Shown here: positions 1-9,867 of the stretch, in pieces | Layout of the letters: each line of letters begins with the position of its first letter | How positions within the stretch are numbered: position 1 is the stretch's first letter | Assembly: GCA_048887225.1 (NCBI GenBank) | Contig: JBHLJY010000010.1 | Span: forward strand, 1-64,000 | Reading direction: 5' to 3' | Source of the DNA: Candidatus Hodarchaeota archaeon | GTDB taxonomy: Archaea; Asgardarchaeota; Lokiarchaeia; Sigyniarchaeales; SOKP01 | Length of the DNA stretch: 64,000 bases | Notes under the pieces: model-generated | Seen by the model: only the letters and a program-made list of their open reading frames with translations | Databases searched by the model: none | Told to the model about the DNA's origin: nothing | Translations under genes and position numbers: made by a program

Positions 1-24
1 TATAAGAAAATCATACAAGAGCAA

Positions 25-666
25 ATGGCTAAATTAAAAAAATCTGTTAAATTAACCGTTTTTACAGCTCAAAGAACTCTGCCAGATGGTGCTAAGATAA
101 AAGCTTGCATGGATTGTGGTCAATTTATGGCTTTATTAAGAATCTATGAAGAAAATTCTAATGGAATGCTAAAGATCGAAGAGTTATCAATTGATAATAA
201 TCCAGAATTTGCAAAGAGATACGATATTAGTCGAGTCCCGACCATTCTATTCATAGATGATAAGGGAAGAGAAATAATTAGATATTTAGCAGCCCCTCAA
301 GGTGCTGAAATTCAACCTTTTATCCAAACTATCTTTGCTTTTGCCGGTGCTTCTAATTATTATGAGGCTACTATAAAGCAGAATTTAGGAAGGATTTCAC
401 CTTCTACGATAAAAATAATGATGACAGAATCATGCCCATATTGTCCCCAAGTGATAGCTATATGCAATCAGTTCGCAATTGCATCTGAGGGGAAAATCCG
501 AACTGTTATCATAGATATCATGGCAAATCCTGATATAGGTCAATATTACGATGCTGCTGGTGTTCCATATACAATAATTAACGATCAAAAAGCTATATCA
601 GGAATGGTTGGCCCTGATGTAATTTTAAGATCTTTAATTGGAGGAAATATAAACATTACATACTAA
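25..666 (+). CDS. Protein disulfide oxidoreductase (two thioredoxin folds, PDO/AhpF-N-like)
   Basis: Two CxxC motifs (CMDC, CPYC), cis-Pro motifs RVP/GVP; directly upstream of thioredoxin reductase. Confidence 0.88.
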   Translation: MAKLKKSVKLTVFTAQRTLPDGAKIKACMDCGQFMALLRIYEENSNGMLKIEELSIDNNPEFAKRYDISRVPTILFIDDKGREIIRYLAAPQGAEIQPFIQTIFAFAGASNYYEATIKQNLGRISPSTIKIMMTESCPYCPQVIAICNQFAIASEGKIRTVIIDIMANPDIGQYYDAAGVPYTIINDQKAISGMVGPDVILRSLIGGNINITY

Positions 667-692
667 TCAAAACATTTTTTTAAAAGCACTAA

Positions 693-1652
693 TTGGAGGA
701 TGTAAAAATGTTCAATCTTGAATTAGAAATGCCAGATCCTAATAAAATATATGATATTATTATTTTAGGGGGAGGTCCTACAGCATTAGGTTGTGCAATT
801 TATGCCGCAAGGTTTGCGATGGATTTTTTAGTGATCGGGAAAACGTTTGGAGGGCTAATTACATCAACTCATATTGTAGAAAATTATCCAGGCATTACAT
901 CTGTTAGCGGTCCCGAGTTAATGGAAATGTTCCGTGATCATATTAATTCTTTAAATATTCAATTTATTACTGATGAGATTAGAAGTATTGAAAAAGAAGA
1001 TGATCATTTTGTTTTGAAGTCTATTTTTATGACCTTCAGAACATATACAATTGTCGTAGCCACAGGTTCTGAGCGAAGAAAATTAGGAATACCAGGAGAA
1101 GAGGAATTTAACGGGAAAGGTGTCTCATATTGCGCAACGTGCGATGGTCCTTTTTTTAAGGATAAAGTTGTGTGCGTGATTGGTGGAAGCGATTCTGCTG
1201 CTAAAGAAGCGCTTTTTTTAGCGCAAAACGTAAAAAAGGTGTATATAATTTATAGAGGCGAAGAAATAAGAGCTGAGCCCATTAATAAAAAACGCGTTTA
1301 TGAAAACCATAAAATTGAGATTATTTATAAGACCAATATTACCGAAATAAAAGGAGATGGTAGCGTTAAATCTGTTATTTTTGATAATGGGCAGGATTTT
1401 GAAGTGGATGGCGTTTTTATCGAGATTGGATCGATTCCTGCTTCTGATATTGTAAAAGGCATTGGAGTTGATTTAAATAAAAGAAACGAAATTATTATTA
1501 ACCGTAAATCTGAAACCAATATTCCTGGAATATACGCTGCAGGGGATGTCGCTGATGCGCCTTTTAAACAAGCAATTACAGGAGTTGCTGAAGGCGTGAT
1601 AGCTGCTTATGCGGTGTTTGATTATCTTAAAAAAACAAAAATTGAGTATTAA
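693..1652 (+). CDS. trxB: Thioredoxin reductase
   Basis: GGGPTA FAD motif, ENYPG, ATGS, GVSYCATCDG, GGSDSA, IYAAGD. Confidence 0.95.
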   Translation: MEDVKMFNLELEMPDPNKIYDIIILGGGPTALGCAIYAARFAMDFLVIGKTFGGLITSTHIVENYPGITSVSGPELMEMFRDHINSLNIQFITDEIRSIEKEDDHFVLKSIFMTFRTYTIVVATGSERRKLGIPGEEEFNGKGVSYCATCDGPFFKDKVVCVIGGSDSAAKEALFLAQNVKKVYIIYRGEEIRAEPINKKRVYENHKIEIIYKTNITEIKGDGSVKSVIFDNGQDFEVDGVFIEIGSIPASDIVKGIGVDLNKRNEIIINRKSETNIPGIYAAGDVADAPFKQAITGVAEGVIAAYAVFDYLKKTKIEY

Positions 1653-1751
1653 CTATTTATTAAAATAATTTTTTAGCATGGAAATAATAAAAAACGATTA
1701 AGACTAAATTTATAAATTATTTAATACTAATATAAGGAGAAAATATATTGA

Positions 1752-1854
1752 GCCAGTGTATCCGAGCAGTTAAGGAGGCGGCCTGCAGAGCCGTTATTCG
1801 TGGGTGCAAAATTTTTTCGGAAAGACCGATTAAATACAATTCCCACCGCTGGCT
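1752..1854 (+). tRNA. tRNA-Cys(GCA) with a 30-nt intron (1811-1840) in the T-loop
   Basis: Acceptor GCCAGTG/CGCTGGC; anticodon stem GCGGC/GCCGT with GCA at 1785-1787; T-stem GTGGG/CCCAC; removing 1811-1840 restores the 7-nt loop TGCAAAT; U discriminator; next to cysS. Confidence 0.92.
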
Positions 1855-1903
1855 TTTTAATTTTTAAGTTTATTGCGCAATATAATTTGAAAGCCATCTT
1901 TCT

Positions 1904-3436
1904 ATGATTAAGGTATACAATAGTTTAACGTTCAAGAAGGAAGAATTTAAGACGTTAAAGCCAAATGAAGTTTTGATGTATGTATGTGGCCCCACAGTTT
2001 ATGATAGTCCTCATCTTGGTCATGCAAAATCAGCTGTAGCATTTGATATTATCCGATGTTATTTGAAGTTCAAAGGTTATAATGTTAAAATGGTGAAAAA
2101 TTATACAGATATAGACGATAAAATTATTAAAAGAGCAAATGAGCGGAATATAGATTTCAATACCTTAAGCGAACAATATATCAAAGAATACGAAGAAGTA
2201 ATGAAAATTCTAAACATTCAAAAAGATTTTAAAAATCCTAGAGCTACAGAAGTAATAGATTTCATGATTGAATTTATCGAAAAGTTAATTTCAAAAGGAT
2301 ACGCCTATGAAAGTAATGGTTCTGTATATTATTCAGTTAAGTCTTTTCCTAAATATAAGACAGTTTTACAGAATATATCAGAACAGGAATTAGAATCTGA
2401 AGAAGATGAAGAACTCGAAGAGGAGGATATAACCTATGCAGATGATAAACGAGCCCTTAAAGATTTTGCGTTGTGGAAGAAATCAAAAGAAGGAGAACCT
2501 TTTTGGGAAAGCCCTTGGGGTAAAGGACGCCCAGGTTGGCATATCGAGTGTTCTGCTATGGCTATTAACTTTTTAGGGGAAACAATTGATGTCCATGGGG
2601 GTGGTCAAGATTTAAAATTTCCACACCATCGAAATGAAATAGCGCAATCTGAGGCTTATACAAATAAACCCTTTGCTAAATATTTCATGCATAATGGTTT
2701 TGTCAATGTAGATAACGAAAAAATGTCAAAAAGCCTCGGAAATTTCTTTTTAGTTACAGAGGTGGTAAAGCAATACGATCCCATGGTTGTGCGATTCTTC
2801 TTAATCTCAAGTCATTATCGAAAATCAATTAATTATAGTATGGCCACGATCACGCAAGCTAAAAAGAATTACGATAAAATAATAAATACTATTGAGAAGA
2901 TCAACCTCGCATCCATTATAGAAAAAGATACAACGGAAGCTAATGATTTAATTTCCAAAATAAATAATGCAGAATCAAGAATAATGGAAGCAATGGACGA
3001 CGATTTTAATACTCCTGTTGCGATAGCAGAAATAATGACAATAATTCGAGAATTAAATAATGCCATTTTAGAAAAGAAAGTAAAGATAAACGAAGCGTTT
3101 AAAGATAGATTTTTTAGCTTTATCAAGGACTTAGATAAAATATTCGGATTATTTCCAAATCTAAAACGAGAGCTCAGATTAACCCTTCCATTAAATAAAT
3201 TAATGAATATCATTACTGAACTTCAAGAAAAACTTCTTTCGGAAAAGATATACGATATAAGCGATGATATTCACGAAAGCTTAAGAGATTCTGGCGAAAG
3301 TGAAAAAAAAACACGAATACTCTTAGATATTCTCTCAGATACACGCGCAAAATTGAGAAAAAGAAAAGCCTACAAAATTAGCGATTATATCAGGGAAGAA
3401 TTGGGAAAATTAGGAATTAAAGTTGAGGATTATTAG
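1904..3436 (+). CDS. cysS: Cysteinyl-tRNA synthetase (class I)
   Basis: MYVCGPTVY, HLGH, DFALWK, GRPGWHIECSAM, DLKFPHH, KMSKS. Confidence 0.97.
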   Translation: MIKVYNSLTFKKEEFKTLKPNEVLMYVCGPTVYDSPHLGHAKSAVAFDIIRCYLKFKGYNVKMVKNYTDIDDKIIKRANERNIDFNTLSEQYIKEYEEVMKILNIQKDFKNPRATEVIDFMIEFIEKLISKGYAYESNGSVYYSVKSFPKYKTVLQNISEQELESEEDEELEEEDITYADDKRALKDFALWKKSKEGEPFWESPWGKGRPGWHIECSAMAINFLGETIDVHGGGQDLKFPHHRNEIAQSEAYTNKPFAKYFMHNGFVNVDNEKMSKSLGNFFLVTEVVKQYDPMVVRFFLISSHYRKSINYSMATITQAKKNYDKIINTIEKINLASIIEKDTTEANDLISKINNAESRIMEAMDDDFNTPVAIAEIMTIIRELNNAILEKKVKINEAFKDRFFSFIKDLDKIFGLFPNLKRELRLTLPLNKLMNIITELQEKLLSEKIYDISDDIHESLRDSGESEKKTRILLDILSDTRAKLRKRKAYKISDYIREELGKLGIKVEDY

Positions 3437-4101
3437 AAGTTCCCTAATGGAATTTTTCCGCGATAATATAACATTTTTCCATCAAAACTAATATGAACAG
3501 CGATTATTGGAATACCTTTTATCCTCGCGTCGCTTAATTTTTGAGAAAATTTTGGATCAGTATCCCAATTAGGGATAAATTTGTTCGCTTTTCGAAATAT
3601 TAAAAATAAGATTACGCCTTTATGTTTAATAATTTCCTCTACATGGCGCGTACCACGTTCAGTTGGCGCATCAGGAAATAAAGCAAGCCCATTTCTAATT
3701 AATGTACAACCTTTAACTTCTAAGGGGACACCATCAAGTAAAAAATCAATTCTGCTTTTTCCAATAATAATTTCCTTTTTTATTTCTTTAACTTTAGAGA
3801 ACTCAGGTAAAAATTTAAAAATTTTAAGTGCGATTCTCGAATGTAATGCTGAGTCAATTAATATCCACTCGTTATCATTATTAACGGCTTTTAAGTAATA
3901 TTTCATTTTACCTCTTGAATTTGTAAATAAAAGCTCAGCTCCATTAATTAATATTTCCTTTAAGCGGCCGGGGTCGTGAACATGAGCACTTTCCACCTTT
4001 CCTTTATATTTGAATTCAACCACAAATCGGTTAGGTCTATTTAAAAAGGTGCCTTTCTTTAATCCTGGTATTTCAAAAATGGGAAATTTTACTGATTCCA
4101 T
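3433..4101 (-). CDS. sfsA: SfsA-family nuclease
   Basis: RPNRF, HVHDPGRL, SRIDFLL, EVKGCTL, FPDAPTERGTRH. Confidence 0.93.
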   Translation of the reverse strand: MESVKFPIFEIPGLKKGTFLNRPNRFVVEFKYKGKVESAHVHDPGRLKEILINGAELLFTNSRGKMKYYLKAVNNDNEWILIDSALHSRIALKIFKFLPEFSKVKEIKKEIIIGKSRIDFLLDGVPLEVKGCTLIRNGLALFPDAPTERGTRHVEEIIKHKGVILFLIFRKANKFIPNWDTDPKFSQKLSDARIKGIPIIAVHISFDGKMLYYRGKIPLGNF

Positions 4102-4218
4102 AGGATATTTTCCATGTAAGAGCTGTTCCTAATTAATTCATTTATTCATCAATATTAAAAAATTGCGTTATAGAATATAATGTAAAGAGATAAAAGGATT
4201 TTTTATTTAATTAAAAGT

Positions 4219-4458
4219 GTGAGTGAAGTAAATAATACTGAGGCAGTAGAAAGTTATAGATTTCATCACATCGATACTAAAAAATGTCGCCAATGTGAAG
4301 GTTTTTGGTGTGAAGAAGCTTGTTTTAGAGGAATATATGAAGTATTAAATAGAGATACAAAACCTAAATGTATCGTTATAGAAGATCGAGAAGATCGCTG
4401 CATAAAATGCCATATTTGTACAACTCAGTGTAAATATGGCGCAATAACTATAGATTAA
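4219..4458 (+). CDS. 2x[4Fe-4S] ferredoxin
   Basis: CRQCEGFWCEEAC and CIKCHICTTQC motifs, GAIT. Confidence 0.85.
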   Translation: MSEVNNTEAVESYRFHHIDTKKCRQCEGFWCEEACFRGIYEVLNRDTKPKCIVIEDREDRCIKCHICTTQCKYGAITID

Positions 4459-4481
4459 TTCAATAAAATCTAGAGAAAACT

Positions 4482-5027
4482 TTAATCTAAAATTATTTTT
4501 TCGAAAAGCGCATATACAGTTGTTTTAAAAATCTGATAAAAAAAATCAGTTTTTTCTATTCTTTTCTTAATTTTTTCCTTGAAATCATTAAAAATTTCTT
4601 TTGTTATATCAGGGCGAGTTACATTTAAGTCTGGATCAAATTTATGTAAAAATATCGAAATTTCTATCTTTTCAGCTTCAGAGTTTTCTTTAAGTATATC
4701 TATTATTTTTCCAAAATACTCCAAAGCCAAATCATACCTTTTTATATCTTGAATATCGAAAACATAAATTAATTTATTGCATCCAATAACATATTTATTA
4801 AAATCTCTCAAATATTCATTTCTAAATGTTTCCTGACCTCCAAGATCCCAGATTGCAAATTCTGAATCGAGGGCATTGATATTCTTTATATCTAAACCTT
4901 CAGTTGGTTTTATATTAAAAAATGAAGGTAGATTCTTTATTCCTTGTAAACATTGAACGATTGACGTTTTTCCACTATTATCAAGCCCTATAAATAAAAT
5001 TTTGTTTTGAGTATTTGATTCTGTCAT
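4482..5027 (-). CDS. Small GTPase, Arf/Rag-like (G domain only)
   Basis: G1 GLDNSGKTS, G2 PTEG, G3 WDLGGQ, G4 HKFD. Confidence 0.9.
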   Translation of the reverse strand: MTESNTQNKILFIGLDNSGKTSIVQCLQGIKNLPSFFNIKPTEGLDIKNINALDSEFAIWDLGGQETFRNEYLRDFNKYVIGCNKLIYVFDIQDIKRYDLALEYFGKIIDILKENSEAEKIEISIFLHKFDPDLNVTRPDITKEIFNDFKEKIKKRIEKTDFFYQIFKTTVYALFEKIILD

Positions 5028-5041
5028 ACTTTCAAAAACAC

Positions 5042-5389
5042 CTAAATACGTCTTGATGATAAAGTATCATAAATATCTAAATCTGCAAATCTCATTGCTT
5101 TCTTTTTTTGGAGAGTTGTTACAAAAGATTGAATATCTGTAAGAATTTTTAAAATGAACTGATCTTTGATTTTATAAAATTTTATATTTTCTTTTTTTTC
5201 GAAATTTATGAGATCTTCATCAAACAATTTCTTTAATTGTTGGGAAATGGTCGATTGCCTTTTATCTAGAGCATTTTGGATCTCTTCGGAGGTTTTTTCC
5301 CCATTTTTTAATAAATCTAATATTTCAAGTCGAGTTCGATCCCCTAAAACTTTCAAAAAATCGGCAATTTTATCTGTTAATTCACTCAT
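5042..5389 (-). CDS. ArsR/SmtB-family transcriptional regulator
   Basis: FLKVLGDRTRLEILDLL...QSTISQQLKKL winged-helix pattern. Confidence 0.88.
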   Translation of the reverse strand: MSELTDKIADFLKVLGDRTRLEILDLLKNGEKTSEEIQNALDKRQSTISQQLKKLFDEDLINFEKKENIKFYKIKDQFILKILTDIQSFVTTLQKKKAMRFADLDIYDTLSSRRI

Positions 5390-5747
5390 TTTTCTTTTCT
5401 TACTCTGATATTTTCTTAAAATGATAATTTTTTAAGATTTTATTAAATAATTATTAGATCTTAAATATTTTAAATTTATCGAAAAGTTCAAATATGAAAA
5501 TAGAAATATATTTGCTAGGCTGAATATAGTGATGTTTCTATATCACAGCATAGCAATATATTGAATAAAATCTTAAAAAAACTAATTTTAATATAAAAAA
5601 TGAGAAAATAGGAATTCCAAAAATCGAAGTAGGAACGCTTAATCTTCTCTTAGTTATTTTTAATAAAAGGATAAATATTTAAGAAGGTACAATTATTATA
5701 GAGATAATATTAGATATGGGGAAAATATTAGGTAAGAATATCAAATA

Positions 5748-7346
5748 ATGAGGAAACAAATAAAAATAAAGTTAATCTTAATCGTTTTTGGAATTGTTTT
5801 ATCTTTATCAGCCATTAGCTATAATAATATCAGCGATGATCAAGGGAATAACAATAAAATTTTAGAAATTCAAGACGAGACCAATTTAAGACTTGCAGAT
5901 AACGAAATCATTATTAATTCTCCAGAAAATAAAACTTACACGGAATCGATGAGCGGATATTATCCTGCAACTTATTCGTTTGATGAACAAGAAGGGACTA
6001 CAGGGACTGATATTGATTTTATTGACCTTGACATAAATAATATGGCATCAATCGAAGCAGAAATCAACGGTCACAAAAACGTTTTGGAACTCAATTCTCC
6101 TTCTACTCTTTGGATCGCTACACATGTTATTGATGGCAATCCTACGAGTGGAACGATAGAGTTCTATGTGAGGCTGGCCCAGACTAATGTCACTAGTTGG
6201 GTTATTATCGAAGAAACTCTAGTAGTAAATTCGATTAGTCTTATATTTAAGGATACAGGGGATCTTGTTTACAATAATGGCATAGAACACTTAATACAAA
6301 CGTACAGCGCTAACACATGGTACCATTTTAAAATTGAATTTGACTGCGCAGATGATTGGCATTTGTGGATAGATAATGTTAGTAAGGACGGAGCGAGTGG
6401 CTACGGTTATATCGGCAATCCTACCAATATGAACCAATTAGAGATATGGTGTTACCCAGGTGTTTTTTATTATGATGCTTTTGGATATTCTTGGGATAAT
6501 AATTACGAGATTGGAGATAACTTGAATGAGGGACTATTGCTCAGCTATGAAAATAACACAAACTTGGATTGGACGGGTTATTCTTTAGATGGTCAAGCTA
6601 ATAGGACAATTTGGGGAAATACAACGATTCCAATGCCCGATGATGGACAACACACAATCCTAATATCTGGAAACAATACTCTTGGTGAGATCTACAAATC
6701 TGAATTAAGGCATTTCACAATTGGTCCACTTCCACCATCGCCACCATCACCAAGTGGAAATAATGGTGGTGGAGGAGATAACAGTAAAGACGATTCTGTT
6801 TTAGTGATTATTGTTATAGTCATTATAACGATTGGAATTTTATTTATCATTTCTGCCATAATAATAAAAAGGCGGTCAAAACAGTTACCCGCATCAAGTT
6901 CCGAAACATTAATGTTTGAAGATAAAACAACGCCAAATTTAGAAAAAATACTTAAAGAAAAAGGATTGCTTAAGGGAAGTTATAGTGAAATTGAAGTTTC
7001 AAGTTCAGATGTTTTAAAAGCTCCGTTGGAGAAATTAAAGTATTCGATAACAGTTATTTGCCCAATATGTAAAATTAAAAAGCAAATACGCCTTCCAGAA
7101 ACGACTTTTAAAGAGGAGACATATCTAGCGACCGTTTCTATCCCAAAAAGAACTATATGTGAGCACCATTTCCAAGTTTTCATAGATAATAATTTTGATG
7201 TTCGAGGCTACCAAACAGTTGATGTCGAAATTGATTCAGAAAAAATTCATATAGAAGTTGTGGAAGAAAAATTGGCAGAAATAAAAGGCAAATTAGATTT
7301 AATCATAAACGATAAATCGAAAGGCAAAAAAAGCAAAAAAAAATAA
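5748..7346 (+). CDS. Single-pass membrane protein: signal/anchor, Ig-like + LamG/ConA-like ectodomain, Pro/Gly linker, TM helix, cytoplasmic CxxC...CxH Zn domain
   Basis: Hydrophobic N-terminus; GTIEFYVR and YSANTWYHFKIEF lectin-fold pattern; TM VLVIIVIVIITIGILFIISAIII; CPIC...CEHHF. Confidence 0.7.
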   Translation: MRKQIKIKLILIVFGIVLSLSAISYNNISDDQGNNNKILEIQDETNLRLADNEIIINSPENKTYTESMSGYYPATYSFDEQEGTTGTDIDFIDLDINNMASIEAEINGHKNVLELNSPSTLWIATHVIDGNPTSGTIEFYVRLAQTNVTSWVIIEETLVVNSISLIFKDTGDLVYNNGIEHLIQTYSANTWYHFKIEFDCADDWHLWIDNVSKDGASGYGYIGNPTNMNQLEIWCYPGVFYYDAFGYSWDNNYEIGDNLNEGLLLSYENNTNLDWTGYSLDGQANRTIWGNTTIPMPDDGQHTILISGNNTLGEIYKSELRHFTIGPLPPSPPSPSGNNGGGGDNSKDDSVLVIIVIVIITIGILFIISAIIIKRRSKQLPASSSETLMFEDKTTPNLEKILKEKGLLKGSYSEIEVSSSDVLKAPLEKLKYSITVICPICKIKKQIRLPETTFKEETYLATVSIPKRTICEHHFQVFIDNNFDVRGYQTVDVEIDSEKIHIEVVEEKLAEIKGKLDLIINDKSKGKKSKKK

Positions 7347-7619
7347 TTATTGAGTTCGGTTTGGGTAATAAATTTCAGTTCTCTACAAAATAAAAAAAAA
7401 ATATCTCTTATATCTTAAACTAAATATAAAATTCAATATCAGTAAAAAAAAACCTTATTTCTATATTAAAAATGAGAAAATAGCAATTTCAAAAATCTAA
7501 GTAGGAACGCTTATTCTTCTCTTAGTTATTTTTAATGAAAGGTTAAATATTTAAGTATGTCCAACTATGATAGAGGTAACATTAGGAATGGGGATCATAT
7601 TAGGTAAGAATTTAAAATA

Positions 7620-9188
7620 ATGAGGAAACACATAAAAATAAAGTTAATCTTAATCGTTTTTGGAATTGTTTTATCTTTATCAGCTATTAGCTATAATAGT
7701 ATCAGCGATGATCAAGGGAATAACAATAAAATCTTAGAAACTCCAGATGAGTTTAATTTAAGACTTGCAGATAACGAAATCATTATCATTTCTCCTGAAG
7801 AAAAAGCGTACACAGAACCGATGAGCGGATATTATCCTGCAACTTATTCGTTTGACGAGCAAGAAGCAGGGACTAATGGGACTGATATTGATTTTATTGA
7901 CGCTGACATAAATAATATGGCTTCAATCGTATCAGAAATCGATGGGCACAAAAATGTTTTGGAAATCAATTCCTCTGGTGTTTGGATCGCTAAACATGTT
8001 ATTGATGCCAATCCCACGACTGGAACAATAGAGTTCTATGTAAGGCCAGCCCAGACTAATGTTGATTGTTGGATAATTATTGAAGAAAATTTATTTTCAA
8101 ATTCGATTTGTCTTATATTTAGAAATACAGGAAGTATTGTTTATTTTACTGGCTCAGATCAATTTATACAAACATATAGCGCTAACACTTGGTACCACTT
8201 TAAAATTGAATTTGAATGCGCAGATGATTGGCATTTGTGGATAGATAATGTTAATAAAGACGGAGGGAGTGGTTTCAGTTATTATGGCAACCCTACTAAT
8301 ATGAACCAAATAGAGTTGTGGTGTTACCTAGGCGGTCTTTTTTATTATGATGCTTTTGGATATTCTTGGGATAATAATTACGACATTGAAGATAACTTGA
8401 ATGAGGGACTATTGCTCAGCTATGAAAATAACACAAACTTGGATTGGACGGGTTATTCTTTAGATGGTCAAGCTAATAGAACAATCCATGGTAATACCAC
8501 GATTGTGATGCCTAATGATGGACAACACACGATTCAAGTATCTGGAAACAACACTCTTGGCGTAATCTACAAATCTGAATTAAAGTCTTTCACAATTAAT
8601 ACATATCAACCATCACCATCATTACCAAGTGGAGATGATGGAGGTGGAGGGGGTAGCAATAAAGGCAGTTATGATTTTTTGGGTATTGTTGCAGCCATCA
8701 TCATAACGGCCGCTATTATATTTATCGTTTCCTTTATAATAATAAAAAAGCGCTCTAAGCATTTAATGGACTCCAAAACACAATTAGATCTTATAGAAGC
8801 ACTGAAAGCAAGCAGCTCAAAAACGATTGAAATTTCAAAAAGAGATGTTTTAGAAGTTCCGTTAGAAAAATTAGAGTATTCAATAACGGTTATTTGCCCG
8901 ATTTGTAAGATTAAAAAGCAGGTGCGCCTTCCGGAATCGGCATTTAAAAAGGAATCACACATAACAACCGTTTCGATCCCAAAAAGAGCAATATGCGAAC
9001 ATCATTTCCAAGTTTTTGTTGATAATAATTTTCAGGTTCGTGGTTATCAAAAAGTTGATTTCGAAATCGACTCAGAAAAAATGCATATGGAAGTTGTGAA
9101 AGGAAAATTGACAGAAATAAAAGATAAATTAGATTCAATCATAAACAAGCAATCTAAAGGCAAAAAAAGCAAAAAAAATAACGATTGA
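7620..9188 (+). CDS. Paralog of 5748..7346 with the same receptor-like architecture
   Basis: Long identical stretches with the upstream ORF; same TM and CPIC...CEHHF domain. Confidence 0.7.
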   Translation: MRKHIKIKLILIVFGIVLSLSAISYNSISDDQGNNNKILETPDEFNLRLADNEIIIISPEEKAYTEPMSGYYPATYSFDEQEAGTNGTDIDFIDADINNMASIVSEIDGHKNVLEINSSGVWIAKHVIDANPTTGTIEFYVRPAQTNVDCWIIIEENLFSNSICLIFRNTGSIVYFTGSDQFIQTYSANTWYHFKIEFECADDWHLWIDNVNKDGGSGFSYYGNPTNMNQIELWCYLGGLFYYDAFGYSWDNNYDIEDNLNEGLLLSYENNTNLDWTGYSLDGQANRTIHGNTTIVMPNDGQHTIQVSGNNTLGVIYKSELKSFTINTYQPSPSLPSGDDGGGGGSNKGSYDFLGIVAAIIITAAIIFIVSFIIIKKRSKHLMDSKTQLDLIEALKASSSKTIEISKRDVLEVPLEKLEYSITVICPICKIKKQVRLPESAFKKESHITTVSIPKRAICEHHFQVFVDNNFQVRGYQKVDFEIDSEKMHMEVVKGKLTEIKDKLDSIINKQSKGKKSKKNND

Positions 9189-9264
9189 GGTTGGTTTGGG
9201 TAAAAAAATTCAGTTTTCTATAAAATAAAAAAAATAAATCAGAATTGGAAAGAAAAAAAGAAGT

Positions 9265-9378
9265 AAAAATTAATCAAATTAAATTGTCAAAAAGAGAGAG
9301 ATCATTAAAAAGAAGTAAGAAACTAATAAATATTAGTTTTTTTCATCTCTTTTCAATTTTTTAATTTGATTAATTTTT
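9265..9378. repeat. Inverted repeat with perfect 19-bp arms (9265-9283 / 9360-9378) enclosing a nested hairpin
   Basis: aaaaattaatcaaattaaa / tttaatttgattaattttt; inner aaactaata-aa-tattagttt at 9320-9339. Confidence 0.85.
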
Positions 9379-9453
9379 TAGAATATATCAATTGCAAACA
9401 CTTTTCGATCGAAGTATAATACAAAAGTACAATTAATGAAATCTGCAATGTGT

Positions 9454-9660
9454 TATTTAAAGGTATATAGTAATTTATTGAAGTACCAAATTTTCCAAAT
9501 TTAATTTTAATTAAATTTTTTAACCTATATTAAAGATTGGTATAAAATATAAGCAATAATTGATAAATTCTATTAAAATTCAATAGAATTCATTGAAACA
9601 AACTGTAAAATAAAATGTTAATCAAAAATTTATTTACATTTTTGATGCTAAAAAGTCAAT
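9454..9660 (-). promoter_or_regulatory. Repeated promoter module, copy A (TATA + palindrome); no intact gene downstream
   Basis: TTTAAATA on minus strand 9461-9454; palindrome AAATTTAATT-TT-AATTAAATTT 9497-9518; ~200-bp similarity to copies B and C. Confidence 0.7.
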
Positions 9661-9679
9661 AATCTCAAGATATAAGGAA

Positions 9680-9745
9680 TCTTATATTTCAGAACAAATA
9701 TATGATTCAATCTAAGACAAGATGATTAATAAAATAAAAAAAAAA
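9680..9745. repeat. Dispersed ~40-65 bp intergenic repeat (also 7406-7428, 11103-11138, 16141-16205, 49605-49650)
   Basis: Approximate consensus TCTTATATCTTAAACTAAATATATGATTCAATCTAAG read at each site. Confidence 0.8.
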
Positions 9746-9867
9746 ATTAGATTATATGATTTAATATTTCGATTTGCTTAACGTTTTTCTCTTCTTCGTA
9801 GCAATGTAAGTAAGTCCGACGAGATATTGATAAAAACCTAATATGAATTTAATTTCATGTAATATAG

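Larger units (their letters stand above)
5586..9235 (+). repeat. Tandem duplication of an ~1.87-kb unit (promoter + gene + terminator)
   Basis: Upstream regions ~5590-5747 and ~7462-7619 and the 3' ends are near-identical; the encoded proteins are paralogs. Confidence 0.9.
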
